From Tubiluchus corallicola (taxonomy: Eukaryota; Animalia; Priapulida): a DNA stretch of 64,000 bases. The notes under the pieces are model-generated. The model did no database searches, was not told the DNA's origin, and worked only from the letters and a program-made list of their open reading frames with translations. The position numbers and the translations under genes are program-made. The stretch is from NCBI GenBank assembly GCA_030141605.1, contig JAQGDQ010000052.1, positions 124,001 through 188,000 on the forward strand, given 5' to 3'. This document shows positions 38,375 through 53,300 of this stretch, in pieces; within the stretch, counting starts at the first letter, position 1, and the number at the start of each line of letters is the position of its first letter.

Positions 38375-41300
38375 ATGAAGCCTCAAAGACATGCACTTAA
38401 ATTCTGTCACAGGAGCTTTGCAAATTTATTGTGCTGTAGGAAACAGCTATCTAGTACTACAGCTGTTCAACCAAAAGTTTGTATTGTTGGTAGTGGACCT
38501 GCTGGATTTTATACAGCACAACAGATCCTGAAGGTAAAAATAATATAACTTGCATTTTGTTTTTTTTGGTGTTGACTGATTCTTTGGCTGGCTGCTTATG
38601 CTAATGTTTTAAGTCATTTATTGCAAGCAACGTATCCTTATTCTATTTACCCGCTAGGTAATACTGGTTTTTGCCAAAATTGTTTCGGATAAAACAATGC
38701 AGTTAGCTCACAAAGAAACAAAGGATTTTGCATAACTCTTAAAACCTTCAAATACGCGAAAGAACCAGCTTCTGCGAATCAAAGTAGTTTTATTTGCTAT
38801 AGCGACGATTGTTTTGGTTTATCACATTATCAAGCCATTAACCATGTTTTCTGCTTGGCAGTGGTTGTAAACTGAAACGATCATTGCGCTATGGTAAATA
38901 ATAAAATTATGTGTAATTTTCATTTCAATTTATCTGGCAGTATCCTTAATAAGTAATTGTGTAAACATGGTGGTTTATTGAAATCTGTATCATTGTAGCT
39001 GTAGCAAGTTTAAGTTAAGTTACTGAAACTAAAATCAGCAAATTGGTGGAACTGTTAGTTTTGTAACGGTCTTCAGAAACTTAAGCTAATAGAGTACAGC
39101 CTGAGTTAGTAAAGGCAATTCTTAAAATTTAATTAAAAGTCTTTCAGTTTTGAGCTTTTGTAACTCTGCTAAATGAATTAGTTAACATACCTATTTTTTT
39201 AAAGAGAGTTAACATATGGTAGTGAAAACTGTTTATTTAAAATTTTAACTGGTCATTTTAAAGCTCCAAGTATTATTCTTAACAGTGTCTACAATGTGTC
39301 AGTAAATTTTAAATTATAACGAATAATATGTATCCAGCAATTATTAAATGAATACAATAAACAGCAATTTTCCTGATATACAATAAACAGACCTGGTAAT
39401 CGCTTGATATAAAATGAGTGTGAAACTAGAAAGCCTGAGGCTTATCTCGTCCCTGGCATGGATAGCAGGTATCCAAATTAATCCTCCAGAAATTTTGGCA
39501 TTTTTGAATATCAAAATCAAAATATAAAAAAAATGAGGAAAAAAATTATAGCTATTTTTGGATATTACTGAGCTTTTTTATGCTGTTATTACAGTTCATT
39601 GTGCTTTATGTATGTATAATATAAATGTGTTCTTCTATACATGATAGGAAAGCTCAATAGCACCCAAAGTGCTTAATTTTCAATTTTAATACCCTTCAAT
39701 ATATAATATACGCCATGAGACACATGAACGATAAGTACTGCATTATCGATAGTAGTGCTACTAATTTTGTTGTAATTGGTACTCACAGTGAAAGGAACCA
39801 GATAATTTTATAAACTTGCATGTGAATTTTGTAAACATGCAGTAGAGAAATTAAAATTGATGCATGTGCTTGCGGGTAAAAGACTTAAATGCATGTGATA
39901 TATGTCTAATGCATCAGAGTTGTTATGTCTAAATCAGGTAGTTGGGCATCAGGACAATTAAGCACTACGAATAGTTACTTGCACATTTCAAATAATGGTA
40001 TAGGCAGAATAATAGTGTAGTGTAAAAAAGTGGGCCGCAAAATAATTGTACAGTATGGAATAAAAGTATATGCCAGTTTGATGAAGTAAAATTATAGGGC
40101 GGAATAGTATTTACAGTGAATTAGAATTTTATGCAAACTGAATAACCTGTAGAGTCCAATGAAATGCATAGGTAAATAAACCAGAAAAATAAGACTGTAC
40201 ACCCAATTAAAGCCATATAGGCCTTCATTTTTGCCCTAAAAATATTTGTACATTTATGGTTATTTGGAATGCGAGAGAGAATTTAACAAGAGACAACTGA
40301 CAAAAGAATACCAAGATGAATCAGCATGTTTGGATGCTACACAGCATGGATATGATCGAATTGGTGGCTGTTTCACCCATGGCATCAAGATTTCAGTTTA
40401 TATGGGGTAATTTTAACTAATAAGTGTTAACAGTCTGGCATTATCATGATGGCAGTGGACTGTGTCAAGGGGAAAATAGGATTCTACATAACAGAAACAC
40501 AAAGAACTCGTATTGAAGTTGTGATTGGAATATCATTTTCTAAATTGTGTAATTTTATTTTGGACGGTATTTTGGAAAAAGAAATGTTGAATGTACATAA
40601 TTGTGCCTTTTCCTGTACAGTCAATGTACTAATTAGAAAACATTGTTTAAGAAAGTTTGCTAATGAAGTATAATTAAGATGCGAATAGATGATACCGCTT
40701 CTTCGTAAATCAGCTTCTACGTTTCCTTAATTATAGTTTGACAACTAGAAGATGTACATTTGATGTACAAGTTGAATTTATTTTTGCATTTTATCATGCT
40801 GCTGATGATACTGTTGGGTTTGTTTAGAAATGTATTATACTTTAATATCTTAGACTTTGCTGGATTTTACAGGGGAACCCTGCTGCTACTGTTGACATTT
40901 ATGAGAGATTGCCACTGCCGTTTGGCTTAGTCAGGTTTGGGGTGGCTCCTGATCATCCTGAAGTTAAGGTATTGCATGTAGATGAAATAATATGTCGCAT
41001 ATTTTTTATAAATGATAATTGTTTAATCTGTAATGTTATTGTTATATTCTGCTAATATGCTAATAATTTGCTGGCAACTTGTTGATACTGTATTATTATC
41101 AGGAATGTTGTTTTTTCCTGTATTGTTTATATAGATTTCTTACTTAGTACCATTGCAGTTCTGAATAATGTGGTACAATGCTTTTGTTGTACTAGTCACA
41201 AGAAGTTGGACATAATAATATTAGGTACGTTCGTGAGGGTTTTTATACACATACATATGTGTATATGTTGCAGGCAATGTGTAAAATTTAGGCATTTTTG

Positions 41301-44300
41301 TAGATACATATTGGCATTTTACTTTCATTTGCAGAATGTGATATCCACATTTACAAATACTGGGCAGAATGCAAGATGTTCTTTCATTGGCAATGTTAAT
41401 GTTGGTGTTGATGTGACTATAGAGCAGCTATGCGCAGCTTATAATGCTATTGTTTTGGTAAGTAAGTAAAATTAAATGTTATTTTAAAAGATTAAGAATA
41501 ATGTTGTCACCATTTTGGTTTAAAAGAAAAAAGAAGCTTTGTGGAACTTAGTAATGGCATCTTCACGGCTAAGAGTAGCTGTAGTTTATTCCAGTTTTGC
41601 TCAAGTGATTTTTTTTGTCAATTTAATTAATTGGAATTTGTCCTTGTAGTAGTCTGATGGCTCGTTCTGGTTTGTTGTGAATGCAATAAGTCAGGGCTAT
41701 CGCCTCGTACCAAACCAAGCCCACCCATTTCAAGGAAAGCCTTCACTAGGTTCAGTTCTTTCTCAAAAATATACATAAACATTAATTAATCATTTTGTAG
41801 CTTCCCAGCTTTCAAAAGCTAGCAACTTGGGACTTGAACATTGTTGGCAAATATGTAAAAAAAACCAACCAAGTTTTTGTTCTAATATACTTTCATTTTT
41901 TGAGCATCTTTGCTTGCAGTTGCAAAGTTGTTTATACTGTATTTGCAGCTAGCTAATAAACAAACAATGTCCAGTGAAGAGTATAGAACATTTTCACAAA
42001 GGATAATGGGTGCTGATGATGACTATCTAGCGAGTAACTAGAAATCCTCTTGTAGGATCGCTGAATTTTTTTCTGAAATATCAGTGTAAAAATCTTGTCC
42101 AGTTGTAATCACTGAAAGGTTTGGTGAATATTCAGTATACCAAAGTTACTTTTTAACATTTGTCACATTAGGTAAAAAGTATGTTAAACAAACAAAATAT
42201 TAATCTAATACTTACTAAATTTATCTGAAGAAAAGTGGATAGTAGACAAACACTGCACAACAGCTGATATTTTGCTCTCTGTTTTGGTATAACGTGAAAA
42301 ATGCGATGCAATGTCAATTCGAAATCTAGGCCATATTATGACTTTTTGGGGCCCCTAGGCTAACGAAATTATGGGGCCCTTTATTTGTATGTGGCCACCT
42401 ACAAGGGCCACTGTTTTATAATTGGATTTTCAGACTTCCAGGTATCCTGTTTTAAAGTTGAAATTTTATTTTAATTTTACTACTAAAATACTAAAGTATT
42501 GTACTTATTTTTCAAAAAAGTTATATATTAAAACATTTTAATAGGGCTTTGGGCCCTCATGCAGCCTGTACTAGCTCATAAGGATTATCCCTGTCCCTCC
42601 AGGGATAATGGCTTGTAAATGGCAGCAACATCAGACACTGTGTGCTTCTTTTTGAGACTAACAGGTCCTTTTCACTTTTTTATTGATTTTCATTTGTTTG
42701 TTTCGACTTTCATACAGAGGGATACTTATTTATTCGCCACCTTAGCCTGACCAGGGGACATTAACTCTATCTAGCAAGTCTGTCTTAACAGTAAACAAGA
42801 AAGGAAATGGGTTAAGCTCAACTAAAATGATTTGTATGGGAAAGTGATGTAAAAATTTGTTCCATAACAACTGCAAACTGAGTATGTTATGAATGATTTA
42901 TTCAATATTTTTGAACATTGGGAGCAAACCTGGCACTTCTTTAAGATCTTCTTAAATTTTTTATTGTGTTTATTTATTTTTCTTCTTATGTCTCGACGTT
43001 TTGCTTAATAAACTAAAATATGCAAAAGCTAGGGTCACGAAACTCACAGGGCTCCAACTGGGAGTATGATGGCAATGTGAAAAATTCTCACCTTAAATCA
43101 AGGGGACAAGAAATTGGTGAACAACATTTTTCTTAATTTCACAAGCTAAACTAATTATTTTAAATTTTGAGTTTTTTTTTATTAACAATTATTGTTAGTT
43201 AGTGCAGTTTTCTTAAAAAAACTCACAACTTAGCTGACCTTGCTGATTTTTTCTTTGAGCTAGTTAAGCTAAAATGTAAGTCAACTTTAGGTGAGCTAGC
43301 TCATTTACAGCACATTTACAAGACAGCTGATGCTGCATTAACTGACTCAGTCTTTGTCTGTTTTTCTCTTTAGACAGTAAGACTAATCTGGGTTTCTGGT
43401 TAACTGAGGTTTTTGGGATTCTTTGTGCTTTATTTGATGTACATGGGTCTCTGTGAATTAAGAAACCAATGTGTTACTGATATGGAATGTGAACCACAGA
43501 TCTCATATGTATTCTGAAATGGCAAAAAAATGTTACATGATCAACATTAAAACTTGTTTTTACTGTTCTATATCTGCAAATGCTTCTAGGAAGTGGAGCT
43601 TCTGAAAGTTCTAAACTGGCTGTATGGCAGTTGACAGTGTGTTGCAAAGATGAGAATAGTGTTGTATAATCTTGACTGTTGACACAGCTTGTTTATTTCA
43701 GTCATATGGTGCCGAAGATGACAGAGTTTTGGGTATTCAAGGAGAGTCTCTTGATGGAGTCATCTCAGCTCGATCTTTTGTAGGATGGTACAATGGACTG
43801 CCTTGTGATACACACGTGAGTTTTACCCCACTTCATAAGACTGACCTTGGCAAAGGCGTGGTCTGTTTCTTGTTTTCTATTTAGCCCGTAAATTTTTTAT
43901 ATCTGTTGCTCTAGTCTTGTCTTGCTCATTTTCTTACTCTGACCACATAGCAGTATGCAAGAAGATAAATTATATATTTTTATTTCTAATGTTGTTAAGT
44001 AGAGTTTACATTATGAGTACTGCTTGAAACTTTAAATACCCACAGTTACTATTAAAGGTAGTCATTTTTACTACTACTTTCAAAAAATTATTATTGTGCA
44101 AGAAACCGGCTTAATTAAAATTAATTATTTTATTTTGTAAGTAAGGTCAATGTGAATTACTTCTGTGACATTTTGACATATGTGCAGATTCTAAACCCCT
44201 TTTTCATATTTGCATATTTGCATAGATTTTTTATATGATGAAGATGTTTTTCCTAATGTGAGTCCTTCAAACATGTTAAAGGGCTGTCAAACATTTAAAC

Positions 44301-47300
44301 ATGTTAACATTTAACATGTCAAACATGTTAAACATGTTAGCAGACGTTACTTAATATTAAAAACATAATTCAAACTTTGATGATGTTTCTCTTGAAAGTT
44401 GTTGTAAGAAACCTATTATTTCGTATGTTCCAGTTAAATCCAAATTTAGATGTGGAGACTGCTGTAATACTTGGTCAAGGTAATGTCGCATTGGATGTAG
44501 CAAGAATTCTTTTACTACCATTGGACATGTTAGCGGTTTGTATTTTTATTGATAGTTTCATTTTATTTTGAACAGCAGAAGCATTAATATTTTTACCCGT
44601 AACGGACCAGGCTGCATCATGACATCTCTGTTATTAGTAGGAAAAGGTAACCAAATGATTCTAAGCCACAAGAGGGCGAGAATTTGCAAATTCATTTGGA
44701 GAGGCCATTTCTCTAACTCTCACCTTTTCCTCAGGGCCAGAAACTACATAGTCAGATAGTCATACTAGTCGTTTGCTAAAAACAAATATCCACAGATCTT
44801 TGCCAGATCAGAAAATTATTAAGTACGCAAATATTACTGTCTTGACTAACAACAAAGTGTGTTTAATTGTACGAATATATTTGTTTTTCAAACTAGCAAA
44901 GCAAACAAAATATGAAAAAGCGGGCAGTGGATTATTTAATCAGTAAGCACAGTTGATTTTCTAGATTTCTTGTTGGTAAATTTTTCTTAACATTATAAAA
45001 TCAATTAATTTTGCATATCACTTTAAGTACTGAGCTTTGCTAAGTTGACTAACTGCCTATAGTTTTGATAAAACTATATATATTGTGCACAAGATGTTTT
45101 TGATAAGCTTCAGTTTGCTGTTGTTGTCGTACAATTTGCATACATACAACAATGGGAAGTGGATCACAAAGTTTGGTCTCAGCGTATTTGTTCAGTAACT
45201 GTTGTTGATGTGCGGATGTGTAGTGCAGATGCGCTTTTCAAAGCTGTCAGAAGTCTCAGTATCACACTGCCTACAGTTTCACAATATCTTACATTTGGGC
45301 TGTTCAACCTTGAATGAAGTACTGTGACAACACCTGAACTGGTAACCTCAACCCATTTGACAGGGCAATACTGCAGATTTTTGTCAAAAATTGATTGCTA
45401 TATTAACCGTTTTTTATCGATACTTTAATGGAAAATATGGATTTCTCAACACTGATTCGTAACATAAGTTTACTTTGAATATTCCTAGGTGCAGAATAGC
45501 TGCTTATAAATCCATTTTTTTCTGTGGCTTCTCTGTGCAGTCCTGTAACATAAATTGTTTCCTTGTTAAACATAACTTCTTACCTGTTATAGGAAGAATG
45601 TTAAAGGTACCTCCCATCACCAGAAAATTGGTTGTAGAAATTCTACTTTTCTTGACCTGTTTTTACTTTTCTACTGGGTATTTGCCTTGAGTGCCCACTG
45701 ACATTGTTTTTGGGGCAATTATTGTAAAAAGTGAAAAACTCTTATTCGGATATTTAAACAGTAATTAACAGGCATTAAAATTCGACATTTTGTATATAGC
45801 GTATATTATAACTATATATTCCACCAATTTACAATGTTTTCACCTAAAGCTTTTAAAGAATGGCTTACTTTGTTATTTTACTTAGCTGGCAACCACTGTT
45901 ATCTATGTTTGTACATTTGTATACCTTTACAAAGCATGCATCGTAAAGGACTTCGTAAACTCTTGAATTCGTTTAGCCTGTAGATAAACCTAATCACTTC
46001 TGTTAGCTGGGCAATTTATTAATGGCGGTTGTTTATTCATTTTGGAACCAATCTCATTTTGGTATATTGGTTGTTATCACTGTGCCGCAGAGGTCTGAAA
46101 TTGGAATATGAAGTAGAATTTGAAGCTCGTATAGTGATAATGGATATCTCGGTATACTTTTTCTTTACATATGTTTTAACGGTGTATTTCATGGTAAATT
46201 TATTTTTACTTTATAAATGGCAAACTTAATATGTAATAGTATCAAATCTCCATGTGTGCGTAATGTGTGATGCTTTAAGATAAGACAAGATAAGATAAAT
46301 TTTATTTAGCGTTGATCATTTACATAAATAACATAAGCAGTTAAAGCTCTTTATCGCAAAATGTTTTATCATGCCTTATCTGTGATGCATGATATATCTC
46401 TATTGATATTTCAAATTACAACAGTTATGGGTATGAAAATAGCATTAGCTTATTACTGTATTACATAATATGTGTACATGTTTTGGTTGTATAATATTTT
46501 GCAACAGATGGAATAAAATTGAGTGTACTACCACTTGGTAAAAGAACCTTAGCTACATCCAGAATGACATACAGATATGTGTTCCTTCTGCCTCTCAAAA
46601 ACTCAAATAGCAGACATATGTATTATTATTGTGTGTAGGGCCTAAAAACAAAATCACCTAACCAGCCCAAAAGTTTAAGGAGTCTGCTAGTTGACTAGTT
46701 CACATCTGAGGTACATTTAAAATTAGTCAATTTATTTGTTTTAGTCGTGAAAATGGTCTCCAGGAATTTAAAAACTTCCTAAATTACCTAAGCAATAACA
46801 GCTTCTCATCCTGCGTATTGCTGTACGACACATATTTGAATGATAGCAACCGTTTTCAGTGAATACGGATCATGCATTATAGGATACCTGTACCTGCAGC
46901 TGCACTTTTATTAAATTTTCTAATTCTTAAAGTTTGCCTCTTTTGCAGAAAACTGATATAACAGATTATGCTTTCGAAGCATTGTCACGGAGCAAAATAC
47001 GTAAAGTGTACTTGATAGGGCGTCGAGGCCCTCTACAGGTAGCTTTCACAATTAAGGAGCTTCGTGAAATGATTACAATGCCTGGATGTCAATGTATTTT
47101 ACATAGAAAAGACTTTGAAGGAATTAGCTCAATTGTATCAGGTAAGTTTGGCTTACGAAATAACTAGTCAATAACAACAAGTACTTTCATGTTTTATAAA
47201 GTCATGTTTTGTTAAATTTAGATTGTTTACTAGTGGACCATGTGCTGTAATGATGTTTAGCAACACATCACATCAACAGTCATATTTAATTGTAGGGACA

Positions 47301-50300
47301 AACTTTATTTAGATCACAAAGTAAAATAGTGTACCTAGTTTAAAACCAAAGTTTTACCTGTTTTTTGCAGACTGTCTCATTGGTGGATAATTATAATCTT
47401 TCTGCATGAGCTAAGATGGGTGAGAAGGTTAAATTATCTTGTATTGAGAATGGCTGCAGAAAACAGGTGAAAACATCTCATTGTAAATTAGGGTAATTGA
47501 ACATTCATCTATTTATTTTGTAATTTTAATGGAGTTTGTGATATACATTAGTGAAATGTGTTCCATGATGATATGATTTCAAATTTTATGCTGCATTCTT
47601 TATTTTTCACGTTCAAGTTAGCACCAGTGTTTTTCACACAATACGTGAACGAAATGTGCGCGTGGAGTAAACAAAATTTTACTCATTTGCAATAATACAG
47701 GAATGTACTGAATGAAATTTTGAAGCACCAACGATAATACACGAAAACCAGCAGTGACAAAAACTTATAACAATGCATTTAATAATTGAAATTAATTAAA
47801 CTTAGAATGTTTTTTACCAATATCATCGACTGTACGATGCCACGACACACAGTTAACAGAAACATACTGCCATCTGTAGCCAAACAGATCACAAAGTGGA
47901 TACATAGAGGACAAAACTAGACTTTAAAAAACTAGCAACCCTTTTTAATAAATTCTGTTACAATAATTTTAAGGGAAATATCATTAAACTATTTACTGAT
48001 ATAATTACCTGATATAGTAATAAATTAACAATTACCTGATAATCATTTTATAGACATTTGCAAAAATATTAAAAAATAATGTAAATATTTTTAAGAACCA
48101 CAAGTACCTAACAACAGGTTGTAATTGCTTATGGAAAGAAGCAGCCACCTAAGCTATATCAATTGGCAGCCTAGTTTTGCTGTTATGATTATGTCCTCAA
48201 TTGTGGCACTTATGAGTTCAAGGAAGATTTTAATTTGCTTTACCAAAGTAGATGTTACACAATATACATGTAGAACTGTAGATGCTGAAGAAAGTATACA
48301 TATATGATAATTCATGTACATGCATGTAAATGCTAGAGAAAGTTACTAATAAAACATGTAGATGCTGCAAAAGTAGTTGCAGATTAAAGCTAGATGATAA
48401 AAAGTAGATGTTCCAAACTGGTTAGTATAGGACTCCTACTGTTAAAAATCAACTTCTCCATTAAGTGGCTGTTAGCAGCATGTTTGTGTCTTGTAATTGT
48501 TATGTTTTTTCAATATTTTGATAGTTACTTTGTCTGCTTCTTACTTTCCACATTGATCTCCCTTATTTTTTACTGTTTATTTGAAACTAAATCAAATTTT
48601 TTAAATATTTCCTCTATTCTACTTATGCAATTTCTAATAGCCTTTTGGAACTAATGAACTTTGTTACTGATGTATAATTTGCTTACTTTCCAAACTTAGG
48701 ATTGCCTCGACCAAGAAAGCGACTCACTGAACTTATGCTTAAAACTGCGATGGGAGAGTTGTCTTGCAAGGAAAAGGAACAATTATCTCCAGTTACAAAG
48801 GAGTGTGAATTCATGTTTTTGCATAGTCCTAGTCGACTGCTACCCTTTATTGATAAGAAAATAGTTGGTGGAGTGGAATTAGTCTCAAATAAGCTTGAGG
48901 TAGTTATTTTTGATGTACACTATAAAAATCATTTATGTCAGTAATTTAGTGTATATTCCATGTATAATGCTGTACTTCTTTTGTCTGACCCTCAATAAAT
49001 ACTTGCAATAGAAAATGTTTTTCTCTTCTTTTTACTTTTAGGGAGAATATGAAAATGCTAAAGCTGTTGCTACTGATCAGATAGAAAAGATTGACTGTGG
49101 GTTGGTGAGTACTATTCCGTTGGTGCTGTGAAACTGCTGCAAAATTGTAAACATTGAATAAGGTTATATTGAACCTGTTAGGGAATAACATTAAACAACT
49201 TGTTTAAGACTGGTGATAACTGATAAATGTAAGTTGGCAAGTTAAGACATTGCAAAATAATAAGTCAAGAGTAATAAAAGTAATGCTGTATTGCAAAACA
49301 TGCACAGAGAAATTACTACCCTCTGCATTAAGAAAAAATGTTGATAATGAAAGGCAACCAAAAGCTGGTTTTTAATACTTTTTAGTGCTTGGTTATTAAA
49401 ATCTTCTATATTATCTCCTATATTCTAGCATTACTGTTGATATTACCATTGTTGTTACCTGTCTTCTACTCTTGACATGATGACATAATGAGTTTGTATA
49501 ATTATATCTGTCTTCACAATTCAACTCTGTGACAACAAATGACATCATCATAACCCTCTAGTAATCACTAATGTTTTTGCAATTGCTGGCATGTATCATC
49601 TTTGATCATCATCATTATTAGCAGTTGCTTCAAATTTGTTCAATCCAATTTACAGGTTCTGAGGAGTATTGGCTATAAAAGCATTCCAATAGATCCCACC
49701 ATTCCATTTGATATGCAGAAAGGGATAATTCCTAATAAAGGTGGAAGAGTTATCGGTCACCTAGGTAAGTGAGTGAATGTTATAGTACTGTTTAATTGTT
49801 TATTTTATGTGCTTTCTTCGTACAACCCAACCACATTTTCAGTGAAGTGCAAATTGTTTTTTAAGTATGCGACCAACATTTTTGAAAGCGAAGATGTATC
49901 ATAGCCCCTTTCGTGAAGCTGAGTAATTAAGCTATTTCTAGCATGTGAAAAATGTACCAGGCTTCGAAGTAGTGCTCTTGTGAGGGCCGATAGCTGGCCT
50001 TCTGACATGTGATACCATCTGTTGTGCTACAATGTGTCAACCATATGCACTAATAATTGCTGGCTAGTTTGCAGCCTTGTTAGCAATTAAGACAGCGACA
50101 CATTAAAATGAATGCTTGATAGTGTTTAATATTTCTTCACATTCCATCCAAATTCCCATGTAGTGCATCATAAATCTGTATGCTTGCTTGGCTTTGATGT
50201 TCTCTTAAATCATCAGTTGGTAAAAGCATTTTGCATTTGTAGCTAAGGATGCATTAAATGGCTGCAAAATATGATCTTGTTATGTCTTACATTGGACCCC

Positions 50301-53300
50301 AACATTTGTAAGTTAATTACCTTAGCTTCCATCTCTTGTAAGTCAATTATTTTAGCTTGTACTTAGCTCTGATGTCATTTGTGCGTTGAAAACTTTTGCA
50401 TATGATCTTGCATATACTTTTATGATCTGTAGTAATTAATCAGCATTGGGATTACAAATTTTGGTACTTCCTGCTATCAACAACGAGTTGTAACTTTCAG
50501 TTTCTTATAAAAGTTATACAGATTATGTTGCACTACATTTTGGCTTTTCAGTTCTGAATCATCATGCCTTATCATACCACTTTGTCTGTATATTTTATTT
50601 CATGCTTATCACATTTATGGTACTAAATCCAAACTTAGAAACTCTGCCCCTTTAAAATTGTTTGTGAATATATTTCATCTTTTAATGTTACTATGCTTAC
50701 TATTGCTCAGTACACAATTCTCAAACTAAATCTAATTGGCTAAATAAAATGCAAGGCAAGGACTGATGTGCAAAAATAAAGGAATCTAGTTTCTAGGTCC
50801 TAAGTTTTTATAGATTTTTATTTGTTGTTCTTATGTAATTTTTATCCATTTTTTAAATGGCTTTAAATACCAAGTAAATTGAACAGTACAGTCTTAATAA
50901 TGCACTACAAGTTTCTCAGTGCCATTTAAAAAGTAAAAATTGTAAATGATTTAACTTGCCATAGCTTGGTTATTACCAAGTCATTTTACCAACTTACTAA
51001 GAGGGATGTTTGATCAAGTCTGCCTATTGACCACCAATAATGGCTGTGAAGGACTCTGTAACCTTCGCCAATAAATGAGCGAAAAGATACACAAAGAAGC
51101 ATAACAATTGTAGTTACGTGGCGACTCTATTTTGGGTCAACTATTTAATTATTATTTGAGATTTTTGCCGAGAGTTTTAGCTAATCTTTGTCTGTAATTT
51201 TATGCTCTAGCAAAAGGTAGTTTGTTCGCTTGTAATTTTGTATACAACATTTGGAATACTGCAACTATGAAGTAGAGAACAGAGCAACTTTATGAGCTAA
51301 ATAGTGAAGAGTGCATTTGATATGATTTGCTGGTCTGAGCAACAAGAATTTTTGCAACTAAATATAGCTTTGACTGTGGTCAGTTTTCCTGATGCACAAC
51401 TAATGGAAATAATCAATTTGGTATCAGTTGTCAATATTTGATCATTTGTCACTGTTCCAATCTACATAAGTTTAGTTTTTCATTCCAAATTTAAAGCAAA
51501 GTAATTAAACACATTAATGGATGGTATCCTATAACATGCATACAATACTGAAGCTAAAGAGGTTTGCAAAGTGAGCACGCTATCATGTATTTCTGACAAT
51601 TGCTTCTAACAAGTAACAATTGTCTAGCTGGTTTAGTAGAATTTTTTTGTTTTTTACGTCTTTTTGTGTATGTTTTTGCTTAAAATTAATTAGTCGGTTA
51701 AAGTGCACGGTCACATACGTTTGCTTACTCTAAAAATTTGCTTTATAATTAAAGCCTTGTTACTTTTTTTGTCAAGTAGTAAAATATACCAGTATGAAAA
51801 TGTTACATACTTAAAGGTTCATTATAGCTATTTTCAACAAATAATAATTACGTAAAGCTACAAGTTGAAAACACTTGGAAATGTTAGTGAAAAGGCGATT
51901 TACGTTAAAAATTTTAATAAGAAAACTGGTTATGCAGGGAATATTGTTTGCAGTCAACACTGTATTGAATATTTTATTTGTGATTATCCTGTTTCAACAA
52001 ATGTAACTTCAAGTCTTTACCACAATAGCAATTAATAATGTAAATGACACATTACATATAATCTTTTCTAATGGATTACACTTGGATTCTTGAAAGTTAA
52101 AAACAGTCACAAAACAAATAAGTATATATGTCATAGTCATTAGTTACTTAATGAGTGGAAGAGGCACGATATAATAACATGCTATAAGTTGGTACATAGC
52201 CTTTTATTATCGGAACCTTATGAATGTGTGATTTGTATTTTTGTGCAATAAACTATTAGGAGACATTATGTAGAAAACTTTTTAACAATAAGATTCACAA
52301 AAATATGTCGTTACGTTACAATGAAAATTATGTAATAACTCAGACAAAACTTTTATGATTTCAAAACCAAGACCGTTTTCAAAAATTTTTAATTAGAGTT
52401 TAATTCTACACATCTGTTTATTCGGAATATTTGATTAGTTTTAACCTTTGTTGTTAGATTAGATTTATAATCTGTAACTAAGCATTTTGGTAACTTGGTT
52501 GCTTTATCATTTAGGTAGTCACCGCGACTACCAGTAATGGCCGCGATGAACTCCATAACCATGGGCTATGACTTCTATAGTGCTGCAAGGTCCTCCGAGT
52601 CCATAGTAAAAATTGCAGCGCCTACCATGGTGTCCTCCGTGTCTGTATTTTACAGCATCTCTGTATGTCCATATGTATGGACTCCATATGCCTGGTGGAT
52701 AGCCATATCTGTGTTTGCCACTGTAACCATGTCCATAACTTCTGTACCCATTCCCTAGACCAAATCCTAGATTTCCGCGAATGCCTTTGTAAGCATAACC
52801 ACCTCCGTAGCTTGCATAAGCAGTACAACTGGACAGTACTAGAAGTAGGAATACTGCTTTCATGTTACCTGTAATAACGAAAGTTATTTTGAACATCCTG
52901 TATTGCTACATTTATTAATGTTGTTTAACTACAAGGAATAGAAACTGCAAGTTGTTTCTGCAAGCAGAACCAGAATTTGCTTGTAGAAATTTAGAAATGA
53001 CACAGAGCTTAAAGATGTGGATAGCATGCAAAGCTGGCTAACAAATGTGTTACATGATGTCGAGGCAAAAAAGTGATCAGTCACCTCCATCAAAATACTT
53101 GACCTTGTATGATCTAAATCAATGAACATTGAAAATTGTATTTCATTATTTCCGCATGATGGGATTATGATTTACTTGATAAAAACCGATAATAAAGACT
53201 TCTCATTTTTTGCGATAGATGGCAGTACTTATAGTCTTTCGTTAGTCTGTTAGGCTGTGTCTGAAGAGGATGTATTAATTTAGATTTTATTCTAGAGCTA